IMG/VR virus record: IMGVR_UViG_3300023105_002895
Coordinates: 1 to 35,859 of that record
Source: a virus
Lineage: Duplodnaviria; Caudoviricetes
DNA: 35,859 nt
Direction: 5' to 3' (one strand)
The stretch's first letter is position 1. Each line of letters starts with the position of its first letter. The translations under genes were made by a program, and so were the position numbers. This document shows positions 1 to 9,657 of the stretch, piece after piece. The notes under the pieces were generated by a model. The model ran no database searches, was not told the origin of the DNA, and saw only the letters and a program-made list of their open reading frames with translations.

Positions 1-745
1 TGGAATACTCAGTTGTAGATGCTGTATTTGTATTGTGCACTACACTTATTTGGCAAACTTGAACTTCACTAGTCACATTGTCTTTTACTTGCACAATAAG
101 TTTACCTGAGCTGAATTGTGATCCGTCAAACTGTGTGATACTTTTAGGAGCAGTTGTAGCGTGGGTTGCGGTGTCTGCACTTGTATGTTGTATATTTGAA
201 ATTTCAAGATTGTTGCGAAGATTAATGTCATTTTCGACTGTAATATCGCTATTAAAAATAACTTCCGGTACTACTGTAATCGGGCTTGAATCTTGCGTAT
301 CTATTAATGGAGTATTTAATTCATTTGTTACAACACTAGAATTTACTACATCGCCTGTAATTATGTTTCCCACGCCGTCTACAAGTAAAGTAGAATCGTC
401 TCCAAATACAGACCCCTGTAGGTCACCTATCCTTGTGTTCCTATCTAAATCTGCTAAAACACCTGCAAGGGTAGAGCTAGCGGAATTAACAAAAGCGCTA
501 GTATCTATAGCAACTGTATCTTCGTCTACAGTTATATTACCTAACCCGTCAATTGCTAACCCTGCACTAGTATATAAATATTTTCGTGTACCTGCAGACA
601 TACTTGCAAGTATACCATTATCAGATACCGGTACACCAAAATTAGGTTCTGCATTTTTTAAATCTAAATAGCTGTATCTATCACTAGCTGCATTACTAGG
701 ACCTACAACCTTTACTTTATTACTTAATAAACCTATATTAGGCAT
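1..745 (-). CDS. Virion/tail structural protein, truncated at window edge (not in ORF track)
   Basis: ATG at 745 overlaps the stop of 738..1076. The frame is open to the edge: MPNIGLLSNKVKVVGPSNAASDRYSYLDLKNAEPNFGVP...GDLQGSVFGDDSTLLVDGVGNII... It shares a ~68-aa module with 2423..3250. Confidence 0.8.
   Translation of the reverse strand, partial: MPNIGLLSNKVKVVGPSNAASDRYSYLDLKNAEPNFGVPVSDNGILASMSAGTRKYLYTSAGLAIDGLGNITVDEDTVAIDTSAFVNSASSTLAGVLADLDRNTRIGDLQGSVFGDDSTLLVDGVGNIITGDVVNSSVVTNELNTPLIDTQDSSPITVVPEVIFNSDITVENDINLRNNLEISNIQHTSADTATHATTAPKSITQFDGSQFSSGKLIVQVKDNVTSEVQVCQISVVHNTNTASTTEYS
225..428 (-). repeat. Diverged ~200-bp repeat, copy 1 (GSVFGDDS-LLVDGV module)
   Basis: Aligns codon-for-codon with 2487..2690, with mostly third-position differences. 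Confidence 0.85.
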
Positions 746-1076
746 CTAATGACTCCAAAATGCTTAGGGTTAGTTTTAGGTTATTGTTAGCTCCAGCAAA
801 AGCTTTTACGCTGTCCCCGTCTTCTAAAATTAATTTGCCAGTAATCATGCTTGCAGCGTCATTGCCAGGTATTTCAAAATCTTTTAACAATTCCGTTTCT
901 GTGGCTGCACTAGTATCATAATGACTAAATGTCACTGTTTCTGCACTATTAGTAACATTACTAACCTGTGCCATCAGAATAATTCCCGTAAAACCTGTTG
1001 GAGCTGTGTAGGCTATGGTATTAATAGTTGTGAGTTCAGTAGTAACTGTTTTAAATCTATTTAATGGTGTTGCCAT
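738..1076 (-). CDS. Small virion-associated hypothetical protein (beta-rich)
   Basis: 112-aa ORF tightly packed in the tail operon. Confidence 0.75.
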   Translation of the reverse strand: MATPLNRFKTVTTELTTINTIAYTAPTGFTGIILMAQVSNVTNSAETVTFSHYDTSAATETELLKDFEIPGNDAASMITGKLILEDGDSVKAFAGANNNLKLTLSILESLDA

Positions 1077-1079
1077 TTT

Positions 1080-2423
1080 TTAATCCTCTAGTGCTAATAT
1101 GTATGGGGTCAATACTGCAAATAGTGATCTATCAAAAGTAGTACCTTGAATAATACCTGCACTTGCATTAATTAACAATTCTCCGCCAATTCTAAAATCA
1201 CCTTTGTGATCTGTACTTGTGAAAAATACTTGTCCTTGTCCATCTGCATCTTCAACTACTTCGTTCGCTTGAATTGGCACACCACCATTTTCTGGTAGTG
1301 CTGTGGTGAAATTATTTCCGCTACCTACATATTCAAACGTGATACTACTTGCTTGTATCAAACTTCTTTCGTAAAAATCTACAGTTGCGCCACTTGATAC
1401 TTCAGTAGTAAATGTTTCTAAAATTGTCACTGTGCTTGTGTCTGTGCTTGGGCCACTTAGTGCAGTGCTTGCTTCCACTGTGTAATATTGTGAATCTCCG
1501 GTTATTTTAATTGCATCGCCATATCTTGGTTTTTGACTTAGACCACTAATGGTTACTTGATTATCTGTTGATATAGTATTTGTAGTAGTAGTTCCGTTGT
1601 ATAGACTTGTGCTTTTTCCTGTTGCTCTTAAACCATAGGTACCAAATGAAGCATTAGAGTTTGTAAGAGAGCACTGACCGCCACTTTCACATAAAATACC
1701 ATCTTGACAAGCTACAGTAAAAATACTAACCAATTGAGCATAACCTCTATTTAAGATATGAATACCCTTACCGCCTAGATTTATTTGAGTAAAAGCATCG
1801 CTTACCATACTTCGTAATCCCGATGCTAAACTTCCGTCTATACGCATACCTATACCGTCAGAAGTAATACTTGAACAGTTTTGCACATAAGGGCTAGTAG
1901 TAATAACACCAGCGCCGCTTGAAGGATAAGCAATTGCCGCAGCGCCTGAATTATGGCCTCTAAAAGTTACCCCACTTATGTAAAAACCATTGCTAACATG
2001 CAAAAGATCATTTGTTGTAGTAGCTCCCCTAATGGTAGTTGTACGAAGATTGTCGCCTATAATTGCAACACCTGCTGGCACTACTAACGGATTATTTTGA
2101 ATGGTATGATCGCCAGATTTTAAAAATATAGAATCGCCCGACGTTGCTACAGTGACAGCTTGATCAAGTGTAGCAAAAGCATCTGCAATAGAGTCGCCTG
2201 ATAGGTTATCGTCGCCGTCTTCTTTAACATAATAAACATTGGCAGCAGTATCAGGTTTGTTAACTGGAATTATACTTTCGCCACCGCCGGTTGCACTGTT
2301 GTCCTGTTTAAAATACATTACACCGTCGTGTGTGTTAATTGCTACTTCACCTAAATCAAGTTGTGCAGTAGTAGGAACTCTACCTGGTACTTCACTGCGT
2401 CTAAGTTGAACTTTACCTGCCAT
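1080..2423 (-). CDS. Tail fibre/spike-like protein: Mtd-N-like N-terminus plus right-handed beta-helix (pectin-lyase-like) region
   Basis: N-terminal LRRSEVPGRVPTTAQLDLGEVAINTHDGVMYFK. YYVKEDGDD...AFATLDQAV...GDSIFLKSG is a typical beta-helix entry. Confidence 0.7.
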   Translation of the reverse strand: MAGKVQLRRSEVPGRVPTTAQLDLGEVAINTHDGVMYFKQDNSATGGGESIIPVNKPDTAANVYYVKEDGDDNLSGDSIADAFATLDQAVTVATSGDSIFLKSGDHTIQNNPLVVPAGVAIIGDNLRTTTIRGATTTNDLLHVSNGFYISGVTFRGHNSGAAAIAYPSSGAGVITTSPYVQNCSSITSDGIGMRIDGSLASGLRSMVSDAFTQINLGGKGIHILNRGYAQLVSIFTVACQDGILCESGGQCSLTNSNASFGTYGLRATGKSTSLYNGTTTTNTISTDNQVTISGLSQKPRYGDAIKITGDSQYYTVEASTALSGPSTDTSTVTILETFTTEVSSGATVDFYERSLIQASSITFEYVGSGNNFTTALPENGGVPIQANEVVEDADGQGQVFFTSTDHKGDFRIGGELLINASAGIIQGTTFDRSLFAVLTPYILALED

Positions 2424-3250
2424 TAGAATATACCTCCGTCTATTGGGCCAACATATTCGTTAGCTGTTATTTTATTGTTTGCAACAATATCATTTTCAAC
2501 AGTTATGTCGCTGTTGAAAATAACTGCTGGTACTATGGTAATTGTGCTTGAATCTTGCGTATCTATTAATGGTGTATACAATGCATTAGTGATTACACTT
2601 GCGTTTACAACATCACCTACAATTATGTTTCCTACCCCGTCTACAAGTAAACTAGAGTCATCTCCAAATACAGATCCTTGTAAGTCACCTTCGGTAATTG
2701 CACCAGGTACTGATGTGCCAAACGCACCTTTATATCTTGCGCCTGAAACATAAATTACATTTCCGGATATACCGCTTGGTAAATTATTACCAATAAAGTG
2801 TAGTACTCCACTTTGGTAATCAAAAAACCACTGGTCATCATTGCCGCTACCAGCAGCAAAAATCTGTGAACCTGAGCTTTGAGGATTTGCTGCACCTGCA
2901 GAGTCTATATATACCTTAACTTGATATGTACTACCAAATTCAGGGGGTATCCAATCAGTAATTCCTGTCTTCCAAGTTCTATTAGCTGTGGCAGTTGCAT
3001 CATTAGTAGTTTCCACAGTCGACAACCCATTACCGGTATCGTTATAAATTTCAACTGTAAGGCTACTAGACGACGGAATAACGCTAGGTATAGTTGCTGC
3101 TTCAGTCCAAATTTTATCACCACGTATTAATAAAGGACTTGCAATACTTTCGTTGGTAGCATTTTTTATAGAATTTTGATCAGTTTTAGAAACTCCGTAA
3201 CCTAGTTTCTTCCAAAGGTAATCAATTTTCTGTGTGTCTGTAATTGCCAT
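2423..3250 (-). CDS. Virion/tail structural protein
   Basis: 275 aa, Ser/Thr/Gly-rich, ends IDGGIF, and carries the GSVFGDDS module. Confidence 0.7.
   Translation of the reverse strand: MAITDTQKIDYLWKKLGYGVSKTDQNSIKNATNESIASPLLIRGDKIWTEAATIPSVIPSSSSLTVEIYNDTGNGLSTVETTNDATATANRTWKTGITDWIPPEFGSTYQVKVYIDSAGAANPQSSGSQIFAAGSGNDDQWFFDYQSGVLHFIGNNLPSGISGNVIYVSGARYKGAFGTSVPGAITEGDLQGSVFGDDSSLLVDGVGNIIVGDVVNASVITNALYTPLIDTQDSSTITIVPAVIFNSDITVENDIVANNKITANEYVGPIDGGIF
2487..2690 (-). repeat. Diverged ~200-bp repeat, copy 2
   Basis: GDLQGSVFGDDSSLLVDGVGNIIVGDVVN...TPLIDTQDSS...FNSDITVENDI matches 225..428. Confidence 0.85.
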
Positions 3251-3259
3251 CTTTATCCC

Positions 3260-6200
3260 TTATGATATACTCAACGCTGTAACTTTTTCATTTGCAGCTA
3301 AAGCTATTCGCACTAACACTACATTACCGGTTGCATTGGTCATATTCTCTGTACCTAATGTTTGTGTATAAGATCCACTTAGTGAAACACCTGTACCTAT
3401 TATATCGCCACCTGTTGATGCGCATCCATTAGATCCGTTACCACCTGCTCCTGTATTTGCACCTGGAACGCCGCTGCCTGCATACTGAATGCCGGTATCT
3501 AACCAACCGTTGATACTACTTGCACTGTCGATTGCAGTGCCGGGTGCAGCTATCCAAAGACCACTAATGCCTGTTGTACTTGTAATATTAATATTAAAGT
3601 TAGCTACAGTTGTTCTTCTAAATGCCATTGTAAAATATTGTGTACCAGTATCGCTGCTTCTATTAGGCCCTACTGGAAGGTACCCTGTGCTGTAGTCTTC
3701 TACGTTATGCTCTAAAACACCAATCCTAATAGTTGCTTCTTTTGTGCCTACCACACCGGGATCACTTGCTTCTGTGTAGGGATTGTTAGTATAAAAATTT
3801 GTAGCGCTATTAAATGTAGGATTGTCAGTTGTAGCAGCATTAAAGTCAAATATACGCACAGCGTCATCTGAATATGTTGCACCTAAGCTACCACTTACAT
3901 CGATTGCAATTTCGCTTATACCTGATTGTGATGCTGTGTGTACTGCTATTTTTTCTGTTTGACCGGAATAGCTACCCGAGCCGTTTACATTATAAGCTCT
4001 AGAAGTAATTGTTTCTACAGTTCTTACACTAGAAGATGTTAGGGAGATAGTTAAATCACCTATAGCATATGGCGTACCGTTGCCGGTGTTTGCATTTGGA
4101 ATTCCGCCTGTGAGAAAACTCACAGTGCCGTCTATGTTAGCGTAAGTGAAACTTTGTCCAGATATAGCATTTTGACTAGTACCTTCATAATTTGTTCCGC
4201 TTACTACTTGCACAACTTGGCTAGTATTTCTATAAGTTTGTCCTATAAAATTATTAAGAGTCACACCGGAAAGAGTTAGACTAGGGCTTCCTGTGTTGTA
4301 ATAAGGCACACCGCTAATATAACGATATGTGCCTGCTACGTTTTCAGTTAGTGTGCCTGCCGCTAGCGTTGGCGTTGCTGTGACGTTGTCTTTAACAAAT
4401 TCTATTGTGTTAGTGGAACCTGTTGTGCTATGACTTAGTTGATAACTGTTTATACCAACTGGTACTCCGGATGCGGCTTTTGAAACTTGTGCTTTAAATC
4501 CAGTATATAAACCTGGATAATATATACTACTTGCAAAACTTATAGAACTTCCACTTGCATTTAATAAATTATAATCTTCTTCATCTGTAACTACTAAACT
4601 GGTATATGTACCACTGTTATCAGTGCCATCAAATGTTACAGCACCATCTGCACTTCCGTTTACATTTGCAGTAAGGATACCAGCATCTGCATCATAGGCA
4701 TATGTTGATATAACCGAGGATTGAATAGTACCACTTGTACTAGTTGTTCGGCTTACACTATCACCTGCAGATAGACTAGTAGATCCGGTATTATCTGTTG
4801 CACCACTAGCAAGTAGAGGACTAGTGCCAACACTGCCAGTAAAACTTATAGTTTTTGTGCTTAGTCCGTTTGGAGCTGATATAGCAGGATCATAAACTTT
4901 CAATTGTTCTGTAGCAGAAGTCGGTATAACCGCCGGATTAGCAGTTGTATGACTAGCTAGGGTAAGAGTAAGAGTATCTCTACCAGTGCCGGTGCTAGTG
5001 CCACCGGCCCAAGTGTGTTGTAAACGGGATCCAGATACACCGCCGGCTGCTGAATCATTAGCAACATTATCTAAACTAGTGCCATCACCCCAATTAAATG
5101 TATATGTAACATCAGCCATTGTGGTATTTGTAGTTAGATTTTCCATATACAAATCGTTATTTTCAATTACATACAGATCATTACCTGATAAACTACTGCC
5201 ACCTGAGGCGTTTCTATATATAGCAAAAGCAGCAACAGGGTCTGCTGTGTAGATAATTATGTAATCAGTATTTGTAGCAGATGCTTCACTTCCTGTAGTG
5301 CCCGACGTAGCATTATTATTATAAGCTCTTACTGTTACTGTGTAAGGACTGCCTGCATTGCTTGTATAAGTGTGACTTGGTGTAGAATCTGTAGTACCTG
5401 TAGTGACGCTACCGTCGCCCCATGTAATGTCATAACGGTTAGAATTACCGTCAACAGTTAGAGACAGTGTTACTGTGGTACCTTCACCGCCAGCTGTAGG
5501 TGACCCTGTAAATGATACACTTCGCACAAATGTATTGTTTCTAACATTGTCAATTGCTTCATTTAAACCATCTAATACGTCTGTTACAAGATCTGTAGAT
5601 GCAAAACCTAGGTATGCGCCATCGGTCCAACTATTGTCTGTCGGCGTGCCTGCTAATAAGTCTATTTCAGTACCACTGCCGGCAAAGTTATTTTCTATAT
5701 AAATTTTTGTGACAAGATCTTGATTTGCAGAGGGGACATATCCTGTTGCTGATGTAATTTGTCCTGTGGCCGATAGAGTTAATCTTTCAGTGCCAGCGGT
5801 GTAAAAACGTAAAACATCGTCATCGGCCGCTTGTTCAGCAGTAATATAAGTATCTTGATCAGTATCTATTACGCCGCCTATTCCAGTCCACACAGTGCCA
5901 TTATAAGCTTCAAATCTAGCATCATCGGTATTGTATCTAATCATGCCTTGAGCTAGTGAACTAGGTCTTTGGGCTGTAGTGCCTACAGGTAAAGTAATTG
6001 CACCGTTTGTATCAAATGATACAACTTCAGTTTCACTATCAATAGAACTTACCCAAATTGTGTCCCAATTTTTCGTAGCAGAACCAAGATTGTAAGTAGC
6101 CGAAGCATCGGGAATAATGTCACTTGTGATTTCTGCATCGAGTGTTATACCGTCAGTGTCTGCGTCACCTAATGTTATATTACCGCCTATAGTAAGGTCA

Positions 6201-6514
6201 CCAGTAACTTCCATATTACCGCTAACAGTAATTTGATCAGTTCCGGTAGCAGGTTGTAACGTAAGATTGCCCACAGTAGATGATATGGTATTGCCGTTAA
6301 GCAAAATATTATCAATTGTAATTTGATCAGATTCTAGATTAGTAGCAAATAGTGTTCCAGCTACGTGTAAGTCATAACCGGGAGTAGCAGTCTTTACTCC
6401 TAATCTAGAGTTACTTACATCAAAATAAAGTAGGTCGGTTTCAACTGCTAGGTCAACGCCGTCTCGTAACAAATTCGCTTTTAATAACGGTCCTGATATG
6501 CGACCTAGAGCCAT
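3260..6514 (-). CDS. Large virion structural/tail protein with PKD-like domains
   Basis: 1084 aa. It has the LPVGTTAQRP...GMIRYNTD...FEAYNG fibre motif and two WGDG PKD-type motifs (ITWGDGS, FNWGDGT). GGAG RBS. Confidence 0.75.
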   Translation of the reverse strand: MALGRISGPLLKANLLRDGVDLAVETDLLYFDVSNSRLGVKTATPGYDLHVAGTLFATNLESDQITIDNILLNGNTISSTVGNLTLQPATGTDQITVSGNMEVTGDLTIGGNITLGDADTDGITLDAEITSDIIPDASATYNLGSATKNWDTIWVSSIDSETEVVSFDTNGAITLPVGTTAQRPSSLAQGMIRYNTDDARFEAYNGTVWTGIGGVIDTDQDTYITAEQAADDDVLRFYTAGTERLTLSATGQITSATGYVPSANQDLVTKIYIENNFAGSGTEIDLLAGTPTDNSWTDGAYLGFASTDLVTDVLDGLNEAIDNVRNNTFVRSVSFTGSPTAGGEGTTVTLSLTVDGNSNRYDITWGDGSVTTGTTDSTPSHTYTSNAGSPYTVTVRAYNNNATSGTTGSEASATNTDYIIIYTADPVAAFAIYRNASGGSSLSGNDLYVIENNDLYMENLTTNTTMADVTYTFNWGDGTSLDNVANDSAAGGVSGSRLQHTWAGGTSTGTGRDTLTLTLASHTTANPAVIPTSATEQLKVYDPAISAPNGLSTKTISFTGSVGTSPLLASGATDNTGSTSLSAGDSVSRTTSTSGTIQSSVISTYAYDADAGILTANVNGSADGAVTFDGTDNSGTYTSLVVTDEEDYNLLNASGSSISFASSIYYPGLYTGFKAQVSKAASGVPVGINSYQLSHSTTGSTNTIEFVKDNVTATPTLAAGTLTENVAGTYRYISGVPYYNTGSPSLTLSGVTLNNFIGQTYRNTSQVVQVVSGTNYEGTSQNAISGQSFTYANIDGTVSFLTGGIPNANTGNGTPYAIGDLTISLTSSSVRTVETITSRAYNVNGSGSYSGQTEKIAVHTASQSGISEIAIDVSGSLGATYSDDAVRIFDFNAATTDNPTFNSATNFYTNNPYTEASDPGVVGTKEATIRIGVLEHNVEDYSTGYLPVGPNRSSDTGTQYFTMAFRRTTVANFNINITSTTGISGLWIAAPGTAIDSASSINGWLDTGIQYAGSGVPGANTGAGGNGSNGCASTGGDIIGTGVSLSGSYTQTLGTENMTNATGNVVLVRIALAANEKVTALSIS

Positions 6515-6584
6515 GCTTCATCTCCCTTGGGGATCCTGTCCCTCCAACCACCTTACATTGCGGGTTGACCACAGTTTGTACTAG

Positions 6585-6592
6585 TATTTATA
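6585..6592 (-). promoter_or_regulatory. T4-type late promoter TATAAATA
   Basis: Exact T4 late consensus on the minus strand, ~70 nt upstream of the 6514 start. Confidence 0.75.
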
Positions 6593-6619
6593 AGATTTTA
6601 ATTATTGTATAACGTGTAA

Positions 6620-8254
6620 TTATTCAATTACAAAGTTAAGACTAACTGCTCTTTCTTGAATAGTAGCAGTTGAAAGTAGTGCAATACTTAGAACATCAAG
6701 CGGTGCTAGAATAATTCTTAGTGCTTGCAAATCAATAACAATATTACTTTCTGGTGATACACTGAATGCACCGACTATTTTTTCAGTTTGCCCGGCTGTA
6801 ATAGTTGCTATAGTTTCACTATAATCTGTAGAGCTATCTAAGACAGTGTATTCTCTATTTGTGCTTAAATCTGCATTTTTATACAGTAATATTTCTATAG
6901 GATCACTAGCAGTGCCTGTACCAACAGCAGCAACACTGAGACTGGTAATAATTATTTCACGCTGATTAACAACACTGGGCTTGCCTTGAGGATTAAATCT
7001 ATTGTTTTTAAGACTCAACACATGATGTTCGGTTCCCGATGATAGCGTTGCACTAGCAACAGTTTGAATTGCTTTGGTTGTATTGTTTCTAATAATTTGA
7101 CCTTCGATAGCACCCATCATTGATGCACCTTTTACTTGTACATCTACACCAGTACCTAATCCCGGAGCGGCATTGACCACAGCATAACCAACACGCATAC
7201 TTGGATTTGCAATACTTGGTTGAGTATTTTGATTGCTATAATGTTCTATATGAAATGGAATCATGTTACCGGTTGTTGGATCTTCAATGCTGTAGCGTAT
7301 ACGACCAGCACCTAACCAACGGAAGTCAATTTGAAACACATTAAGGAATGTAAAGTCTATTGTAACACCGCTAGGACCTGTTCCATCTAACTTGTCCAAG
7401 TTGAAATTGCTTTGATATGTCCAATAATCATTTGGAGCAGTACCTGATTGTAGTTCAGTGTATGTAGCTGCTAGTGTTCCAGTACTGCTTATACTAAACG
7501 ATCCTGTTAAATCTGACGGAGGACCATTATATAAAAAAGTAACTACATCGTTACAATAGTCTACTACCCATTGGGTATATGTAGCATTTCCTAGTTCAGC
7601 AGTGTTTTGTTGAATTGTGCCAGCTGCAACACTAACGGTAAATGCAACGTCATTCAGTGTAATAGTTACAGTTTCTGCACCACTTGCTGCACTGGTTAGT
7701 TGAAACTGTGCAACTTCACCTTTTGAGTTTTGACGTCTTAGTACACCAAACTCACTGTTGTTTACATTGTAACCTACTCCAAGAACATCACTTTGGTTAA
7801 TGAATCCAGCTACTTGTTGATATCCGTTAACTTGTCCATTTGGATACATAGCAGTAAATCTACACATACTACCTTGTCCTGGTCTGTAACGCACACTTCT
7901 TTTACTGCGTAATGTTGAAAAACTGCCCGGAGTTGTACCGCTACTAACAGTCATTAGACCAAAATCATCGACACTTTGTGCACCACTTAGTGAACTGTTT
8001 AATTGAAAGTTAGTTAGATCTAATCCATACAAGCCATCTAATTGAAAAGCAGGACTCAATTGGGCTACAACTTGTTCTCCAAATGCTGTGGTACTAGTAG
8101 CAGGAGTACTGACAACGCTGGTTGCAGCTACTGTTCTTACTACAGGGTTACCATTGATGTCATACTCCATAGCCTTGTGAAGATTGACTAAATTAGGCTC
8201 GTTTGAGTGAACGTAACTTGTGCTGTTTGGTATATTATTAGGCATTAGGTCCAA
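6620..8254 (-). CDS. Probable virion structural protein
   Basis: 544-aa beta-rich ORF in the structural block. The start may be the ATG at 8245. Confidence 0.65.
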   Translation of the reverse strand: MDLMPNNIPNSTSYVHSNEPNLVNLHKAMEYDINGNPVVRTVAATSVVSTPATSTTAFGEQVVAQLSPAFQLDGLYGLDLTNFQLNSSLSGAQSVDDFGLMTVSSGTTPGSFSTLRSKRSVRYRPGQGSMCRFTAMYPNGQVNGYQQVAGFINQSDVLGVGYNVNNSEFGVLRRQNSKGEVAQFQLTSAASGAETVTITLNDVAFTVSVAAGTIQQNTAELGNATYTQWVVDYCNDVVTFLYNGPPSDLTGSFSISSTGTLAATYTELQSGTAPNDYWTYQSNFNLDKLDGTGPSGVTIDFTFLNVFQIDFRWLGAGRIRYSIEDPTTGNMIPFHIEHYSNQNTQPSIANPSMRVGYAVVNAAPGLGTGVDVQVKGASMMGAIEGQIIRNNTTKAIQTVASATLSSGTEHHVLSLKNNRFNPQGKPSVVNQREIIITSLSVAAVGTGTASDPIEILLYKNADLSTNREYTVLDSSTDYSETIATITAGQTEKIVGAFSVSPESNIVIDLQALRIILAPLDVLSIALLSTATIQERAVSLNFVIE

Positions 8255-8460
8255 GGTCTCCCAACCACTAAGCCTCCAGCATTTGCATTATCAATTACAT
8301 CGTTTGTATCGTTGCTGGCTGGATCATATACTGTTGGAAGTTGATCTATGTTCAGTGTGTCGCGTCTACCTGTAGTGCCACGCTTAGTTGCCGCTAGAGC
8401 AAGTTTAGCATCTTGTCTTGCTCTTTTAGTTGCTAATGTTGATATACCATTTGCTGCCAT
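8245..8460 (-). CDS. Hypothetical protein
   Basis: 71 aa, with stop/start overlaps on both sides. Confidence 0.7.
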   Translation of the reverse strand: MAANGISTLATKRARQDAKLALAATKRGTTGRRDTLNIDQLPTVYDPASNDTNDVIDNANAGGLVVGRPWT

Positions 8461-8750
8461 TATTCGTATCCTCTAGGATCTTTTACTCGTATGTCTGCAG
8501 GATGTTTTGGACCATTAACTCCACCGCCTGCGTCGGTTGTAACACTTGAAATAGGTTCTATAATTTCGTTTGGTGAGTTATCATATCCACGATGTGAATT
8601 ATTTAACATGGAAAAAATCTGCTTGAATCTACTTTCGGGTGGCTGCTCACAAGGAGACACAGGAACAACTTTGACTTGCTCCTGTGATTCTTGTGCTTCT
8701 AATTTATCTAAAAGGTCTAGTACTGATCGTACAAGGTCTGTAGCTCGCAT
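8460..8750 (-). CDS. Hypothetical late protein
   Basis: GGAG RBS and TAAATA box at 8770-8775 (minus). Confidence 0.75.
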   Translation of the reverse strand: MRATDLVRSVLDLLDKLEAQESQEQVKVVPVSPCEQPPESRFKQIFSMLNNSHRGYDNSPNEIIEPISSVTTDAGGGVNGPKHPADIRVKDPRGYE

Positions 8751-8780
8751 TGCATACTCCTGTATGCAATATTTAGCCTC

Positions 8781-8972
8781 TTACCGATTTGGATGCGGCA
8801 CAAATTCAACGCGGCCGTTAGAAGTTTCTCTATATTTCAAGAAACCTTGTGCAATTAAATTCCCTATTGTTTTTTCAATGCCTCGATTATTGCCATCGAC
8901 TCTGCCCAATACGTAGGCTGCAAAAGAGACAGTTGCAAACAAGGTAAGTTCTAAAATTCCGATAGTAAACAT
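8781..8972 (-). CDS. Small membrane-anchored hypothetical protein
   Basis: Likely start MFTIGILELTLF at 8972 after a GAGG RBS, with an N-terminal hydrophobic helix. Confidence 0.65.
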   Translation of the reverse strand: MFTIGILELTLFATVSFAAYVLGRVDGNNRGIEKTIGNLIAQGFLKYRETSNGRVEFVPHPNR

Positions 8973-9003
8973 GATATCCTCTTTCTTTTTTACTACTTTA
9001 TTT

Positions 9004-9031
9004 ACTATAACACATTTATAATTTTTGTCAA
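9004..9031 (-). promoter_or_regulatory. Sigma70-type promoter
   Basis: TTGACA-16-TATAGT with an extended -10 TG, on the minus strand. Confidence 0.55.
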
Positions 9032-9070
9032 GAAATACCAAATAAATACCGTATATAGGAGGATTAGGTT

Positions 9071-9280
9071 ATGTCATTAAAAAAAATTGCTTTGGAATTA
9101 GAATTAGGCCAAGAAATTTTAGTAGGTAAAAACAATGAACGTGCTAAAATAACTAAAATTGAATTTCATGAAAAAACAGGTGTAGTAACTTTGAACACAA
9201 CAAAAGGCAGACGAAATGCACTAACTTTTAAATTAACTCCGCAAGAATATTATGAGAATGCAGCAGATAAGTATCGCTGA
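9071..9280 (+). CDS. Hypothetical late protein
   Basis: AGGAGG RBS and TAAATA at 9043-9048. Confidence 0.75.
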   Translation: MSLKKIALELELGQEILVGKNNERAKITKIEFHEKTGVVTLNTTKGRRNALTFKLTPQEYYENAADKYR

Positions 9281-9291
9281 TAAATATATAC

Positions 9292-9609
9292 ATGAAGATA
9301 AAAGATATTACTAACGGTGTCCTAGAAGCAAAACGTACATCAAGAAAAGTTTGTAAAAGTAGTAAAACAGATAGCGAGCTTGGGGTAAGTCAACTTGCAA
9401 GTTGTAAAAGCCAAGGACTTCGCCGTAGGTCCGGCAAAAAACGTCGCAAGGTAAAAGGCAAATGGACCACAGTAGGAGGCAAATATATTAAAGGAGCTAA
9501 AGATGGTAATCCTAATATGCCTCATTATGGCTCTGGTACTGTGCAGCAAAGTAAATCTTATAAACGTAAGAAAAGACGTAAAGATACTATACGTAGAAAA
9601 AAGAAGTAA
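9292..9609 (+). CDS. Highly basic hypothetical protein (possible internal DNA-binding virion protein)
   Basis: Lys/Arg-rich. TAAATA at 9281. N-terminus MKIKDITNGVLE. Confidence 0.7.
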   Translation: MKIKDITNGVLEAKRTSRKVCKSSKTDSELGVSQLASCKSQGLRRRSGKKRRKVKGKWTTVGGKYIKGAKDGNPNMPHYGSGTVQQSKSYKRKKRRKDTIRRKKK

Positions 9610-9657
9610 GGCAATTTCTAGTTACGGATTAGGACTTATTAGAAAAAGAGACTGGTA

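Noticed and set aside
78-671. Plus-strand 197-aa ORF and its look-alike at 2475..2753
   Set aside because: Antisense shadows of the real minus-strand tail genes. Their similarity simply mirrors the repeat.
225-2690. Repeat pair as a diversity-generating retroelement TR/VR
   Set aside because: Mismatches are mostly synonymous and not adenine-specific, both copies are coding, and no reverse transcriptase is in the window.
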